NCBI GenBank assembly: GCA_963779415.1
Contig: CAVZYA010000001.1
Span: 516,519 to 580,518 of the forward strand
Direction: 5' to 3'
Length of the DNA stretch: 64,000 nt
From: an uncultured Acidobacteriota bacterium
GTDB taxonomy: Bacteria > Acidobacteriota > Thermoanaerobaculia > UBA5066
In this document: positions 39,279-49,207 of the stretch, piece after piece
Numbering within the stretch: the stretch's first letter is position 1
Layout of the letters: every line of letters begins with the position of its first letter
Program-made: the position numbers and the translations under genes
The notes under the pieces: model-generated
What the model was told of the DNA's origin: nothing
The model's input: only the letters and a program-made list of their open reading frames with translations
Database searches by the model: none

Positions 39279-39430
39279 GTCGGCAATCTAACTCCTATGC
39301 TCCAGAAGTGCAACAACAGATGAAGAGACGTCTCGAATCCGAGACACCACAATCGCAGCTGTTCAGACAAGAGGCCGTGTTTTCGAAAGCCAACACATTG
39401 TCAACGAAGAAGATGCCGCCGCCGCCCCGA

Positions 39431-39445
39431 TGGCACGTTGATTGC
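39431..39445 (+). promoter_or_regulatory. Sigma-54 (-24/-12) promoter TGGCAC-GTTGA-TTGC
   Basis: Exact match to consensus TGGCAC-N5-TTGC, 43 nt upstream of the ATG at 39489 and divergent from the bEBP gene. The TTG at 39438 listed as an ORF start lies inside the -12 element. Confidence 0.7.
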
Positions 39446-39488
39446 CATAGAGGACCATGCGGGACGAACCGCAGCGCGGAGGGCTCGA

Positions 39489-40880
39489 ATGGCGCTAACA
39501 ACTTCCTATTACATGGAGGCGGTCGACACGAAGAACCTCCCGGAGAGGTTCCTCGAGGCATTCGCCGCGATTCTTTCTCACTCGAACTACGCCGCCGTTC
39601 TCGACCTCTATGCCCGGATGAGCACGCGATGCGGACGCTGCGCCGCGAGCTGTCCGGTCTACGAGGCCTCCTGCGATCCGCGGGACATTCCGTGCAAGAG
39701 GTCGGAGCTGCTCCTCGACGTCTTCACCCGCTACTTCACCCCTCTCGGCGCCCTCAAGGCGCGCTTCGGCACTCCCTTCACCCTCACGGAGGAGCACATC
39801 AACAGGCTGGCAGAGGATCTCTACCGCTGCACCGCCTGCCGCCGGTGCAAGCTCGAGTGCCCGCTGGGGATCGACCACGCGATGATCACCCACCTCGGCC
39901 GCTGGGTCCTTGCGGAGGTCGGCATCATTCCGAAGGCGCTCAAGGTGGCGGTGCGGGAGCAACTGGACGGAAAGACGCACAACACGTCGGCGATTCCCGA
40001 GGCGGCGCTGCGCGACACGTGCGAGTTCCTCACGGACGACTGCAAGGACACCTGGGGGATGAAGATCGAGTTCCCGATCGACCGGGAGGGGTCGGAATAC
40101 GTCTTCTTCCCGGCGGTATCCGATTACCTCCTGGAGCCCGACACGCTGACGGGAAACTCCGCGGTCCTCACCGCGGCCGGCGCCTCCTGGACCATCGGCT
40201 CGCGTTACTTCGACGGGATCAACTACGGCCTCTTCTACTCCGACCGGATGCTCGACCGGATCCTGCAGCAGGAGGTCGCGGAGGTCCGCCGCCTCGGGGC
40301 ACGCAAGATCCTGATCGGAGAGTGCGGGCACGCCTCGCGCTCGGCCAAGTTCTTCGTCCGGACTTTCGGCGGCGGCCGGAACGCTCCCGAGGTGGTCAAC
40401 ATCATGGAGTACACGCTGAGGGCGCTTCGGGAGGGGAAGCTGGCCCTTAAGGCCGGTTCGATCGGCGAGCGCGTGACGTATCACGATCCCTGCAACATCG
40501 CCCGATCGGGCTGGGTTGTAGAACAGCCACGCGAGATCCTTCGCGCCATCTGCTCGGACTTCGTCGAGATGACGCCGCACGGCCGCGAGAACTACTGCTG
40601 CGGGGGCGGAAGCGGGACCGTCTCCATCGACGAGATCCGCTCCTTCCGGACGCTCGTCGGCGGCAAGACCAAGGCGGAACAGATCCGCCGCACCGGCGCC
40701 ACCGTCCTGGTCGCCCCCTGCGCCAACTGCAAGAAGCAGCTCCGCGAGGTCTGCGAAGACCACGGCCTCAAGGACGTCCGGGTCGTCGGGTTGCACGATC
40801 TCCTCTTGCCGGCCCTCCAACCGCCTGCGGCCATGCGCGTCGAAAAACCGGCGGCCGACGAAGCCGCGAAGGGGGCGTGA
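39489..40880 (+). CDS. HdrD/DsrK/HmeD-like Fe-S oxidoreductase (two CCG cysteine-rich domains)
   Basis: CGRCAASCPVYE and CTACRRCKLECP ferredoxin-type motifs, plus C-terminal CCG motifs (DPCN...NYCCGGGSG, APCANCKKQL). RBS GGAGGG before the ATG at 39489. Confidence 0.8.
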   Translation: MALTTSYYMEAVDTKNLPERFLEAFAAILSHSNYAAVLDLYARMSTRCGRCAASCPVYEASCDPRDIPCKRSELLLDVFTRYFTPLGALKARFGTPFTLTEEHINRLAEDLYRCTACRRCKLECPLGIDHAMITHLGRWVLAEVGIIPKALKVAVREQLDGKTHNTSAIPEAALRDTCEFLTDDCKDTWGMKIEFPIDREGSEYVFFPAVSDYLLEPDTLTGNSAVLTAAGASWTIGSRYFDGINYGLFYSDRMLDRILQQEVAEVRRLGARKILIGECGHASRSAKFFVRTFGGGRNAPEVVNIMEYTLRALREGKLALKAGSIGERVTYHDPCNIARSGWVVEQPREILRAICSDFVEMTPHGRENYCCGGGSGTVSIDEIRSFRTLVGGKTKAEQIRRTGATVLVAPCANCKKQLREVCEDHGLKDVRVVGLHDLLLPALQPPAAMRVEKPAADEAAKGA

Positions 40881-40883
40881 CGC

Positions 40884-41585
40884 GTGGACGCCTGGATCGC
40901 CCTCGCGCGGGGCCCCCTCTTTCGCATCTCCCTCGCGGTCTGCGTGCTCGGCCTTCTCTACCGTGTCGGCGTCGCCTGCTACTCCCTCCTGCGCGCGTGG
41001 CAGAGAGCGGGAGACCGGCTCCTGCCGCTCTCCGCGATCCGCCGCGCGACCCTGGAGTGGTTGGTGCCACGCCGTCTCCTCAAGGCGAGGCCGCTCTACT
41101 CGATCGCCTCGTTCGCGTTTCACGTCGGCATCATCGTCGTGCCGCTCTTCCTCGCCGGACACGTCCTCCTCTGGCAGCGCGACCTGCCGGTCGCCTGGCT
41201 TGTGCTCCCCGCCTTCTGGGCCGACCTCCTGACCCTCCTCGCCACGGCGGCGCTCTTCGGTGTCCTCGTCGCCCGGGCCGTGACGAAGGAGAGCCGCTTC
41301 CTGACGCAGACGCAGGACGTCGTGGTGCTCCTCCTCCTCGCAGGGGTGCTCGTCGCCGGCTTTCTCGCATCCCATCCGGGCCTCGCTCCGTTCGACGCAC
41401 GGGCGCTGCTCCTAGCCCACGTCCTCCTCGGAGATCTGGTGCTGATCCTGACGCCCTTGACCAAGATCGTGCACTGCGTCCTCTTCCCATTCATGCAGCT
41501 CGCCGGAGAGATCGGCTGGCACTTCCCCGCCGAGAGCGGCCGCCACGTGGCGCTCGCCCTCGGCAAGGAGGGTGAGCGGATATGA
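40884..41585 (+). CDS. NarI-like b-type cytochrome membrane subunit (DsrM/HmeC-like)
   Basis: 5-6 TM helices with conserved His (FHVGIIVVPLFLAGHVLLW..., AHVLLGDLVLILTPLTKIVHC). GTG start 4 nt after the HdrD-like stop. Confidence 0.6.
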   Translation: MDAWIALARGPLFRISLAVCVLGLLYRVGVACYSLLRAWQRAGDRLLPLSAIRRATLEWLVPRRLLKARPLYSIASFAFHVGIIVVPLFLAGHVLLWQRDLPVAWLVLPAFWADLLTLLATAALFGVLVARAVTKESRFLTQTQDVVVLLLLAGVLVAGFLASHPGLAPFDARALLLAHVLLGDLVLILTPLTKIVHCVLFPFMQLAGEIGWHFPAESGRHVALALGKEGERI

Positions 41586-42391
41586 GCGCCTGGGGCATCC
41601 TGACCGACGTTACGAAGTGCATCGGCTGCGAGGAGTGCGTCGCCGCTTGCAAGCGGACGAACGCGACCGGAGAGGACGAGCCGTGGAGCTGGCAGGGCTC
41701 ACCCGGGGATCTCTCGTCGACGCGGTGGACGACGATCGTCTCCGCGCCGCGCGGACGCTCCGTCCGCGTCCACTGTCGCCACTGCCTCGAGCCGGCCTGT
41801 GCCTCGGCCTGTCCGGTGGGAGCGCTCCGCCGGACGAAGGAAGGCGCGGTCGCTTACGACGCGGACATCTGCATGGGCTGCCGCTACTGCATGATCGCCT
41901 GCCCGTTCAAGATGACCCGCTACGAGTGGGAGTCGGCCACCCCCCGGGTCCGCAAGTGCATCCTCTGCTACGACCGGATCCGTAAAGGCGAGATCAGGGA
42001 GCCGGCCTGTACGGCCGCCTGCCCGACGAAGGCGACGATCTTCGGCGACCGGGACACCCTCCTCGCCGAAGCCCGCCGCCGCATCGCGGAGGAGCCGGGC
42101 CGATACGTCCACCACATCTGGGGCGAGCACGAAGTGGGAGGGACCTCAGTCCTCTACCTTTCCGACGTCAACCTCTCCACGGCTGGCTGGCCCTCTTCGC
42201 TGCGCGACACTTCGTATCCGGCGCTCACGCATCCGGCCATGCACGCCGTCCCTCCCGCGTTTCTCGGCGTGGGCGCCGTGATGTTCGGCCTCTCGTGGGT
42301 GATCGGCCGCCGGGAGCGCCTCGCCCGGGAGGGGGATCCGGAAACTCCGCCGCACGAGAAAGGCAACACGCCTCCGAAGGCTACGCCATGA
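41582..42391 (+). CDS. 4Fe-4S ferredoxin-type iron-sulfur subunit (PsrB/NrfC/DsrO/HmeA-like) with C-terminal TM anchor
   Basis: Four Cys clusters (CIGCEECVAAC, CRHCLEPACASACP, CMGCRYCMIACP, CILCYDR...CTAACP). Confidence 0.8.
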   Translation: MSAWGILTDVTKCIGCEECVAACKRTNATGEDEPWSWQGSPGDLSSTRWTTIVSAPRGRSVRVHCRHCLEPACASACPVGALRRTKEGAVAYDADICMGCRYCMIACPFKMTRYEWESATPRVRKCILCYDRIRKGEIREPACTAACPTKATIFGDRDTLLAEARRRIAEEPGRYVHHIWGEHEVGGTSVLYLSDVNLSTAGWPSSLRDTSYPALTHPAMHAVPPAFLGVGAVMFGLSWVIGRRERLAREGDPETPPHEKGNTPPKATP

Positions 42392-44314
42392 GCACGCCCG
42401 TCAACATCCGCCTGGCCACGACCAAGGCCGTCCTCTGGCTCCTCGTCGGCGTGGCGACCGCCGTGGCGGCGGTGCGCTACGCGTACGGCCTCGGCCTGAC
42501 AACGGCCCTCACGGACCTCACCCCCTGGGGTCTCTGGATCGGACTCGACGTCATGGCCGGTGTGGCGCTCGCCGCCGGGGGCTTCGTCATCGCGGCCACC
42601 GTGTACGTCTTTCACCGCGAGCGCTACCACGCTCTCGTCCGGCCCGCCGTCCTGACGGCTTTCCTCGGTTACGTGGCGGTCGTCCTCGGACTGCTCGTCG
42701 ACCTCGGCCGGCCCTGGAACATCTGGCGAATGACCGTCCGCTGGCAGCCAACCTCCGCCCTCTTCGAGGTCGGCTGGTGCGTGATGCTCTACCTGACCGT
42801 CCTGACCCTCGAGTTCGCCCCGGTCGTCTTCGAGGGCTTGCGCTGGAATCGAGCTTTCGCTCTGCTCAAGCGCGCGACCCTCCCCCTCGTCATCGTCGGC
42901 ATCGCTCTCTCCACGCTGCACCAGTCCTCCCTCGGGACGCTCCTCGTCATCGCACCCGAACGCCTCCACCCGCTCTGGTACTCGCCCATCCTGCCTCTGC
43001 TTTTCCTCGTCTCGGCCATCGGCCTCGGGCTCGCCACCGTCGTCGTGGAGGATGTAACGAGCACGTGGCTCTACCGGCGGCAGCCGGAGTGGGACCTCCT
43101 GCCGGCCCTGACGCGCGCCTCGGCTCTGGTTCTTCTGCTCTACCTCGCGCTCCGTGTCGGCGACCTGGCTTTTCGCGGGACGCTGGCACGTGTCCTGGAA
43201 GGCTCGTGGTGGTCGGCGCTCTTCGTCGTCGAGCTGCTGGTGAGCGTCGTCGTCCCCGTCCTGATCTTCCTCCTCCCCTCGACGCGCAAGAGCCCCCGCG
43301 CCCTCTCCGTGGGCGCTTTCCTCGTCATTTCGGGATTCGTCTTCAACCGGGCCATGGTGGGAGGGATCGCCCAGCTCGCCCGGACCCGGGACTTCTACGT
43401 CCCGGCGGCCACCGAGCTCGCCATCAGCCTCGGGATCATCGCGGTGATGGCGCTGGTCTTCATGTTCTTCGTGGAGCACCTCGGAGTTTGGGAGACGCCG
43501 CCAGCGGCACCCGACCACTTCCGGCCGGCCGTGACCGACCGGGCCTCGGCCGTGCGCCTCCGCGGGCCCTGGTTCGGAAGCGTGCAACGCTCGGGTCTCG
43601 CGTGGGTCGTCGGCGTCCTCCTCGGACTGGGGATCGTCTCGGCCGAAGTCCGTCACCGCGGCATGGTCCGGGCGACTCCCGTGGCTCCGCCCCGGACGGT
43701 CACCGTGGACCGGTCGGATCGCCCCGGGGGGCTTCTGCATCAGCTCCGGCTTCTCCCGGCGACGGCCACCGGAGAGACGACCGAGAACGCGCTCCTCCTC
43801 TCGGCGGCCGGGAGCGGGCGGTACGTCCTTTTCGAGCATGACCAGCACCAGAAGAGGCTCGGCGGCGTCTCTTCGTGCCGCCGATGCCATCACCTCAACC
43901 TGCCTCTCGACAAGGCGACGCCCTGCGCGTCGTGTCACCGCGACATGTACGCGGCGACCGACATTTTCGGGCACGAGCGGCATGTCGTTTCCCTCGGCCG
44001 CAACGCCTCCTGCTCGAGGTGCCACGCTCCCGGAAGGGCGCAGACGAGGGAGGCGTCGACCCCCTGTGCGTCGTGCCATGCCGCGGAAGGCGGCCCGCCC
44101 GTCGGCCTTGGCGAGAGAAAGGATGCCGCCGGTATCGCGCCCGGCTATCGGCGAGTCCCTCCACTCCCTCTGCATCTCGTGCCATCGGTCCGAGGAGGCG
44201 CGGACCGGACGAAAGCCGTATCTCTCGCGCTGTCCGGCCTGTCATCGCGGGGCGGCCGCTGGCGACGAGAACCTCCGGGTCCGCGAAGGCGCGGTCCTCC
44301 TGGCGAGAAGATGA
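42388..44314 (+). CDS. NrfD/PsrC-family polytopic membrane subunit fused to a C-terminal multiheme c-type cytochrome domain (4 CxxCH in frame plus 2 more after an apparent +/-1 frameshift near 44140)
   Basis: ATG overlaps the upstream stop (ATGA). About 8-10 TM helices. CRRCHH, CASCHRD, CSRCHAP, CASCHAA lie in the main frame. CISCHRS and CPACHRG sit in an alternate frame ending with TGA at 44314. Confidence 0.6.
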
Positions 44315-44737
44315 TGCGCGAAATGCCGGCTCACCCACGCCCGCGGGTGGCGGTGGTCGATGACGAGCCAGACGTCCTGACGTTCGTGCGGCTCGCTCTC
44401 GACGACCGGGGGTTCGACGTCCTGACCCTCGACCGCGTCGCCGGAGCGCTTCCCGCGCCTCCACGCCTTCGCCCCGGACGCGGTCTGCCTCGACCTCTTG
44501 ATGCCGGAGCGGACGGGACTCTCGCTCCTCGTCGAGATCCGGAAGGATCCCGATCTGGCGAAGGTCCCGGTGCTCATCCTCTCGGCACTCAACGCCCGGG
44601 AGGAGCTCCTCGCGACCCTCCGCCGCGAGGGACTCGGCCCGGAGCCTGCCGCCTTCGTCGAGAAGCCGCTGGATATGGAGTCGCTGGTCCGGGCCTTGCG
44701 CGAGTGCCTGGGGATCGCGGTAGGAGGTGGGCCATGA
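44311..44737 (+). CDS. Response-regulator receiver domain, interrupted by a frameshift near 44470
   Basis: RVAVVDDEPDVLTFVRLALDDRGFDVLTL in one frame. ...APDAVCLDLLMPERTGLSLLVEIRKDPDLAKVPVLILSALN... continues in another frame. Confidence 0.5.
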
Positions 44738-46608
44738 CGACGCTTGCTCGCCGGCAGGCCCTCTTGCGCGCCGGGCTGTTCGACGAACATTCCGAGCGAA
44801 ATCGCGATCATCGACCGGACGCTGCGGCTCGTCGACAACAACCGCGCCTGCGTCGAGCAGCACGGCGAGGGGCTCGGAGCAGCCGTGCTATCGAGTCCTC
44901 AGGGGCCGGAACACGCCCTGCAGGGACTGCCCGGCGCCCCGAGTCTTCGCCGAGGGCCGGCCCTCTGTGCTGGAGACGACCGGGCGCGACAAACAGGCCC
45001 GGGCGTTCCCACCTCCTGCTGCAGCTCATCCCGCTCCGCGGGCGCGAAAGGCGACGTGACCCACCTCGCGGAGCTCGCCATCGACCTGACGGCATCGAGA
45101 CAGCTCCAGAGCGAATACCAGACGCTCTTCGAGAAAGTGCCGTGCTACGTCTGCGTTCTGAACCGGGACTTCCGGGTCGTCAAGGCGAACGAGCGGTTCC
45201 GTGAGGTCTTCGGGGTCGCGGCCGGAGAGCCCTGCCACATGGTCTACAAGCGGCGGCCGATGAAATGCACGAACTGCGCCGCGGAGAAGGTCTTTGCCGA
45301 CGGCGTCCTGCGCACGGCGCACCATGCCGGCGTCACCCGTGAGGGGAAGGCCGCCTACTACATCGTGAGCACCGCGCCTCTGCTCCACTCGGGAAACGAG
45401 GTCACACACGTCATCCAGATGGCCCTGGACGTGACCGAGCTGCGCGCCTTGAGGCAGGAGCTGGATCAGGCGAGCCGCCTTCGCGAGGCGCTCGTGGAGA
45501 CCTCGCCGGAGGCCATCGTCGTCCTGGACAACGCCGGGAAGGTCCTGATCTTCAACCGCGCCGCCGAGGCGCTCTGGGGCGTGGCGCGCCAACGCGTGGT
45601 CGGCCACGTCTGGCGCTCCGCGTTCCTGGAGGCCTCGGTGGTCGATCTCTATCGCGGCCGTCAGGAGCGCCTCGAGCTCGAGGAGACGCTGGCCGCGCCC
45701 CGGCAGGGCGAGCCGATCCCGGTGCTCGCGTCGGGCGTGACGTCTGCGGGATGAGGACGGGGGCGTCGCTGGGGCGGCCCTGCTGCTGCACGACCTTCGG
45801 GCGCGAAAGCAGCTCGAGAAGGAGAAGCTGGAGGCCGAGCGCCTGGCCGCCGTGGGCCAGACGGTCGCCGGGCTGGCCCACGGCATCAAGAACATTCTCA
45901 CCGGTCTCGAGGGCGGAATGTACGTGACCTCCACGGGCCTCGAACGGCACGACGACGCCCGCATCCGCCAGGGCTGGGGGATGCTGGAGCGCAACATCGG
46001 CAGGATCTCCACGCCTCGCCCGCAACCTGCTGGAGTTCTCGCGCGGCGAGGAGCCGCACCCGGAGATGGTGGATCCGGCGGCCCTCGTGGCCGAGGTCGC
46101 CGACCTCTATCGCGACAGCGCCCGCCAGCACGGCGTCGAGATCGTGGTCGAGGCGAACGGGCCCGTGCGGCCCGCCTCGCTCGACCACAAGGGCGTGGCG
46201 AGCTGCCTGGAGAACCTGGTCTCCAACGCCCTCGACGCCTGCCTCGTCAGCCGCCGCCCCTCGCCCCGGATCACGCTTCGCGCCATGGATCACGGTGATA
46301 ACCTCGAGTTCGAAGTCGCCGACACCGGGTGCGGCATGGACTACGAGGTCAAGCAGAAGGTCTTCACGAGCTTCTTCTCCACGAAGGGCGCCGGGGGGAC
46401 GGGGATCGGCCTGCTCCTGACGCGGAAGATCGTCCAGCAGCACGGCGGCGCCATCACGTTCGAGACGACGCCGGAGACGGGGACCACGTTCCGGCTGACG
46501 TTCCCCCGGGAGCGCCTGCCACGACCGGCGGCGGGGGCAACGGGGCCCCGGAAGGCAGTTCCCGCCGAGAGCGGCGCCGGGGCGGTCCCCGAGGCCAGGA
46601 AGGAGTGA
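44734..46608 (+). pseudogene. Multi-PAS sensor histidine kinase broken by at least 5 frameshifts (pseudogene or indel-type sequencing errors)
   Basis: Recognisable PAS repeats with PC(Y/H)...C..C motifs, H-box GQTVAGLAHGIKNIL and HATPase_c (DTGCGM...GTGIGL) are spread over four reading frames (ORFs 44727-45059, 44744-45754, 45852-46298, 46066-46608). Confidence 0.6.
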
Positions 46609-46611
46609 TCG

Positions 46612-47058
46612 ATGCGTCAGGCAACCGAGGTGACGGTACTGGTGGTGGACGACGACCCGGACGTCACGACCTTCCTCGGGACGATCCTCGGCGACGCGGG
46701 GATGCATGTGGTCACCGCGCACGACGGCCAGGAGGCTCTGGACCGGCTGCACGAGTTCACGCCGGACCTCATCTCCCTCGACCTCGTGATGCCGGGCAAG
46801 TCCGGCGTGCGGCTCCTGCACGACCTGCGCAAGCATCCGAGCTGGCAGCGGATCCCGGTGATCATCGTCACCGGTCACGCGCGGGACGAAAAGATACGGA
46901 GGGATCTCGACCAGGTGCTGGCGGAGAGCGCCATCTCGGGTCCGTCCGTCTATCTGGAGAAGCCGGTCACGGCGCGGGCCTATCTGGAGACAGGTCTGCC
47001 GGGTCGTCGGTGTGACGCCGCCCGGGCGGGGGACCGGCCCCCGGGCCGGACCGGCTGA
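46612..47058 (+). CDS. Response-regulator receiver domain protein (C-terminus ambiguous, possible frameshift about 46990-47055)
   Basis: VLVVDDDPDV...DLISLDLVMPGKSG...IIVTGH...LEKPV. Starts 4 nt after the HK stop. Confidence 0.65.
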   Translation: MRQATEVTVLVVDDDPDVTTFLGTILGDAGMHVVTAHDGQEALDRLHEFTPDLISLDLVMPGKSGVRLLHDLRKHPSWQRIPVIIVTGHARDEKIRRDLDQVLAESAISGPSVYLEKPVTARAYLETGLPGRRCDAARAGDRPPGRTG

Positions 47059-47178
47059 AACACGAACTCGCCGAGCTGCTCGCCGGGGCCGACGAGGAGA
47101 GCCTGGCGCGGGCGATCGAGACTCTCAAGGCCGGGCGGCCGGTCAAGACGCCAGCCTAGGCGCGGAAGGGGAAGACGT

Positions 47179-47575
47179 CATGGAAAAGCCGGGACGGATC
47201 CTCGTCATCGACGACGATGCGGACATCGTCGCCTACCTCGGAACGATCCTTCGGGACCACGGCTACGAAGTCCTCTCCGCCACCGACGGCGCTGCGGGTC
47301 TCGAGCTGGCCCGCCGCGAGCGCCCCGACCTGATCTGCCTGGACATCGCCATGCCGCCGCCGACGGGCGTCCGCGTCTACCGCGATCTGCGGGACGATCC
47401 CGGCCCTGAAGGGGATCCCGGTGGTGATGGTGACCGGCGTCATGCCGCAGTTCAAGGAGTTCATCCATCACCGCAAGAAGGTCCCGCCCCCGGACGGCTA
47501 CATCCAGAAGCCGTTCGAACCCGCGGACGTGATCGCCACTCTCGGAAAGCTCCTGGCGCCGGCCGCGCGCGCCTG
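47179..47575 (+). CDS. Response-regulator receiver domain protein with a frameshift near 47400
   Basis: ILVIDDDADIVAYL...DLICLDIAMPPPTGVRVYRDLRDDP in one frame. ALKGIPVVMVTGVMPQ...YIQKPFEPADVIATLGKLLA continues in another frame, ending TGA at 47575. Confidence 0.55.
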
Positions 47576-47579
47576 ACGG

Positions 47580-49025
47580 TTACGTCGCCAGGTGGATCCG
47601 CTTCGTGTAGGCCATCTCCTCGATCTTGTCGGTCGAGCCGTAGAGGCCGCTGTCGCGGATGCCGCCGATGGGTAGCGTGTAGTCGCTGTAGAGAGGCCCC
47701 TCGTTGATCATGACCCGCCCGGCCGCGAGGTCCCGTCCGATCGCCGCCGCCTGCTCCCGCTCCCCGAAGATGCTGGCTCCGAGGCCGTAGGTCCCGTCGT
47801 TGGCGAGTGCCACCGCCTCGTCGACCGTATCGAAGACGACGAAGGAGCGGACGGGCGCGAAGGCCTCCTCGGTCCAGAGGAAGGGCTTCTCGTCATCGGG
47901 TTTTCCGAGAAGCTCCCCTTTCTCGAACTCGATCAGCGTCGGGTAGAAGAAGGGTCCGTCGGCCTTCCCTCCGATCAGGAGGCGGCCCCCCCGTTCCAGC
48001 GCCTCCTGGACCTGGTACGTCGCGATGTCCAGGCTCTCGTGCTTCCCGATCGGGCCGATGTCCGTCTCCTCGAGTCGGGGATCGCCCATCTTGAGCCGGC
48101 CGATTCCCTCGATGAGGCGCTCGCGGAACGCCGAGGCGACGGGGCGCTGGACGAGGAACCGCTTGGCGGCGATGCAGAGCTGGCCGCTGTGCGCAAACCC
48201 GCCGAGGAGGCCGGCGGCCGCGGCCTGTGGCAGGTCGGCGCTCGCGAGGACGATGAACGGGTCGTTTCCCGCGAGTTCGGGAACGTACTTCTTCATCCGG
48301 CCGCCGACGTGGAGCATGCACTCGCCGAGCGTCTTCTTCGTCCGTTCGAGATAAGACCCCATCTTGATCAGGTTGTCCTTCCCGACGGGGCTGGACGCAT
48401 AGTGGACGAGGACGTCGACCTCGGGGTTCTCGATGAACTCCCACGCGGCGTCCTCGCCGGGGCAAGTGGAGACCTGCGCGCCGTCCGCCGGGCAGCCCGC
48501 CTCGACGACGATCTGGACGATTCGCTGGCAGATCAGGGGAACGAGGCTGGAGGGCTTCTCGATGACGGCGTTCCCGGCCCCGAGCGCGGCCAGCATCGTG
48601 TAGAGCGGGACGACGAGGGGCGTGTTCCGCGGCGGGAGGACGCCAACGACGCCGTACGGCTCGCGGTAGAGGATGTTCCTTCCCTTGGCCGCGTGAAGCT
48701 CCCTCGGTTTGAGCAGCTCGAGACGCCGCTCGAGGTTCGCGGCGCTGGCGATGGCCCGCTCCATCTCCCACCGCGCGAATTTTCGCGGCTGGCCCCCTTC
48801 ACGAACCATCAGCTCCTCGAACTCGGCCCGCCTCGCCTCGAGCCGCGCCGCCACGCGGCGCCCCAGCCCGGCCCGCTCCTCGAAGGTCGTCTTTCGGACG
48901 GATTCCTTGGCCAGAAACGCCTTGTGGATCCTGGCGCGCAGGTCCCGGCGCGTGTCCACCGCCACCTCGCCGATCACCTCGCCCGAGAACTTGTCGCGGA
49001 TCTCCGTCCTTCTGAGGCTGAGCAT
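47580..49025 (-). CDS. Aldehyde dehydrogenase family protein
   Basis: 481 aa. ALDH fold motifs (...HVGGRMKKY..., GQLCIAAKR catalytic Cys region). Confidence 0.9.
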   Translation of the reverse strand: MLSLRRTEIRDKFSGEVIGEVAVDTRRDLRARIHKAFLAKESVRKTTFEERAGLGRRVAARLEARRAEFEELMVREGGQPRKFARWEMERAIASAANLERRLELLKPRELHAAKGRNILYREPYGVVGVLPPRNTPLVVPLYTMLAALGAGNAVIEKPSSLVPLICQRIVQIVVEAGCPADGAQVSTCPGEDAAWEFIENPEVDVLVHYASSPVGKDNLIKMGSYLERTKKTLGECMLHVGGRMKKYVPELAGNDPFIVLASADLPQAAAAGLLGGFAHSGQLCIAAKRFLVQRPVASAFRERLIEGIGRLKMGDPRLEETDIGPIGKHESLDIATYQVQEALERGGRLLIGGKADGPFFYPTLIEFEKGELLGKPDDEKPFLWTEEAFAPVRSFVVFDTVDEAVALANDGTYGLGASIFGEREQAAAIGRDLAAGRVMINEGPLYSDYTLPIGGIRDSGLYGSTDKIEEMAYTKRIHLAT

Positions 49026-49073
49026 CTCTTCGCGATGCTAGCACCGGCCTCCGACGACGATTTCCTCGGAACT

Positions 49074-49170
49074 GTGAAAGGTTTCACGGATAAACGGGGA
49101 GCTTCGGCCTATCCATGGAGGGTCAGGCGGGGAGAGTGCGGGACGCTGCGGTTTGGTGAGACGTTTCACA
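49074..49170 (+). promoter_or_regulatory. Two CRP/FNR-type palindromes (TGTGA-aaggtt-TCACg at ~49074-49089 and gGTGA-gacgtt-TCACA at ~49155-49170) in the divergent ALDH/OFA-transporter intergenic region
   Basis: Each matches 9/10 positions of TGTGA-N6-TCACA. Located 38-135 nt upstream of the transporter ATG at 49208. Confidence 0.4.
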
Positions 49171-49207
49171 ACAACAACCGTGCAACCGGCATAGTGGAGA
49201 GAAAACC

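Noticed and set aside
39438-39488. Upstream TTG start proposed for the HdrD-like gene (ORF 39438-40880)
   Set aside because: The TTG sits inside the -12 element of the sigma-54 promoter. The ATG at 39489, with a GGAGGG RBS, is the plausible start.
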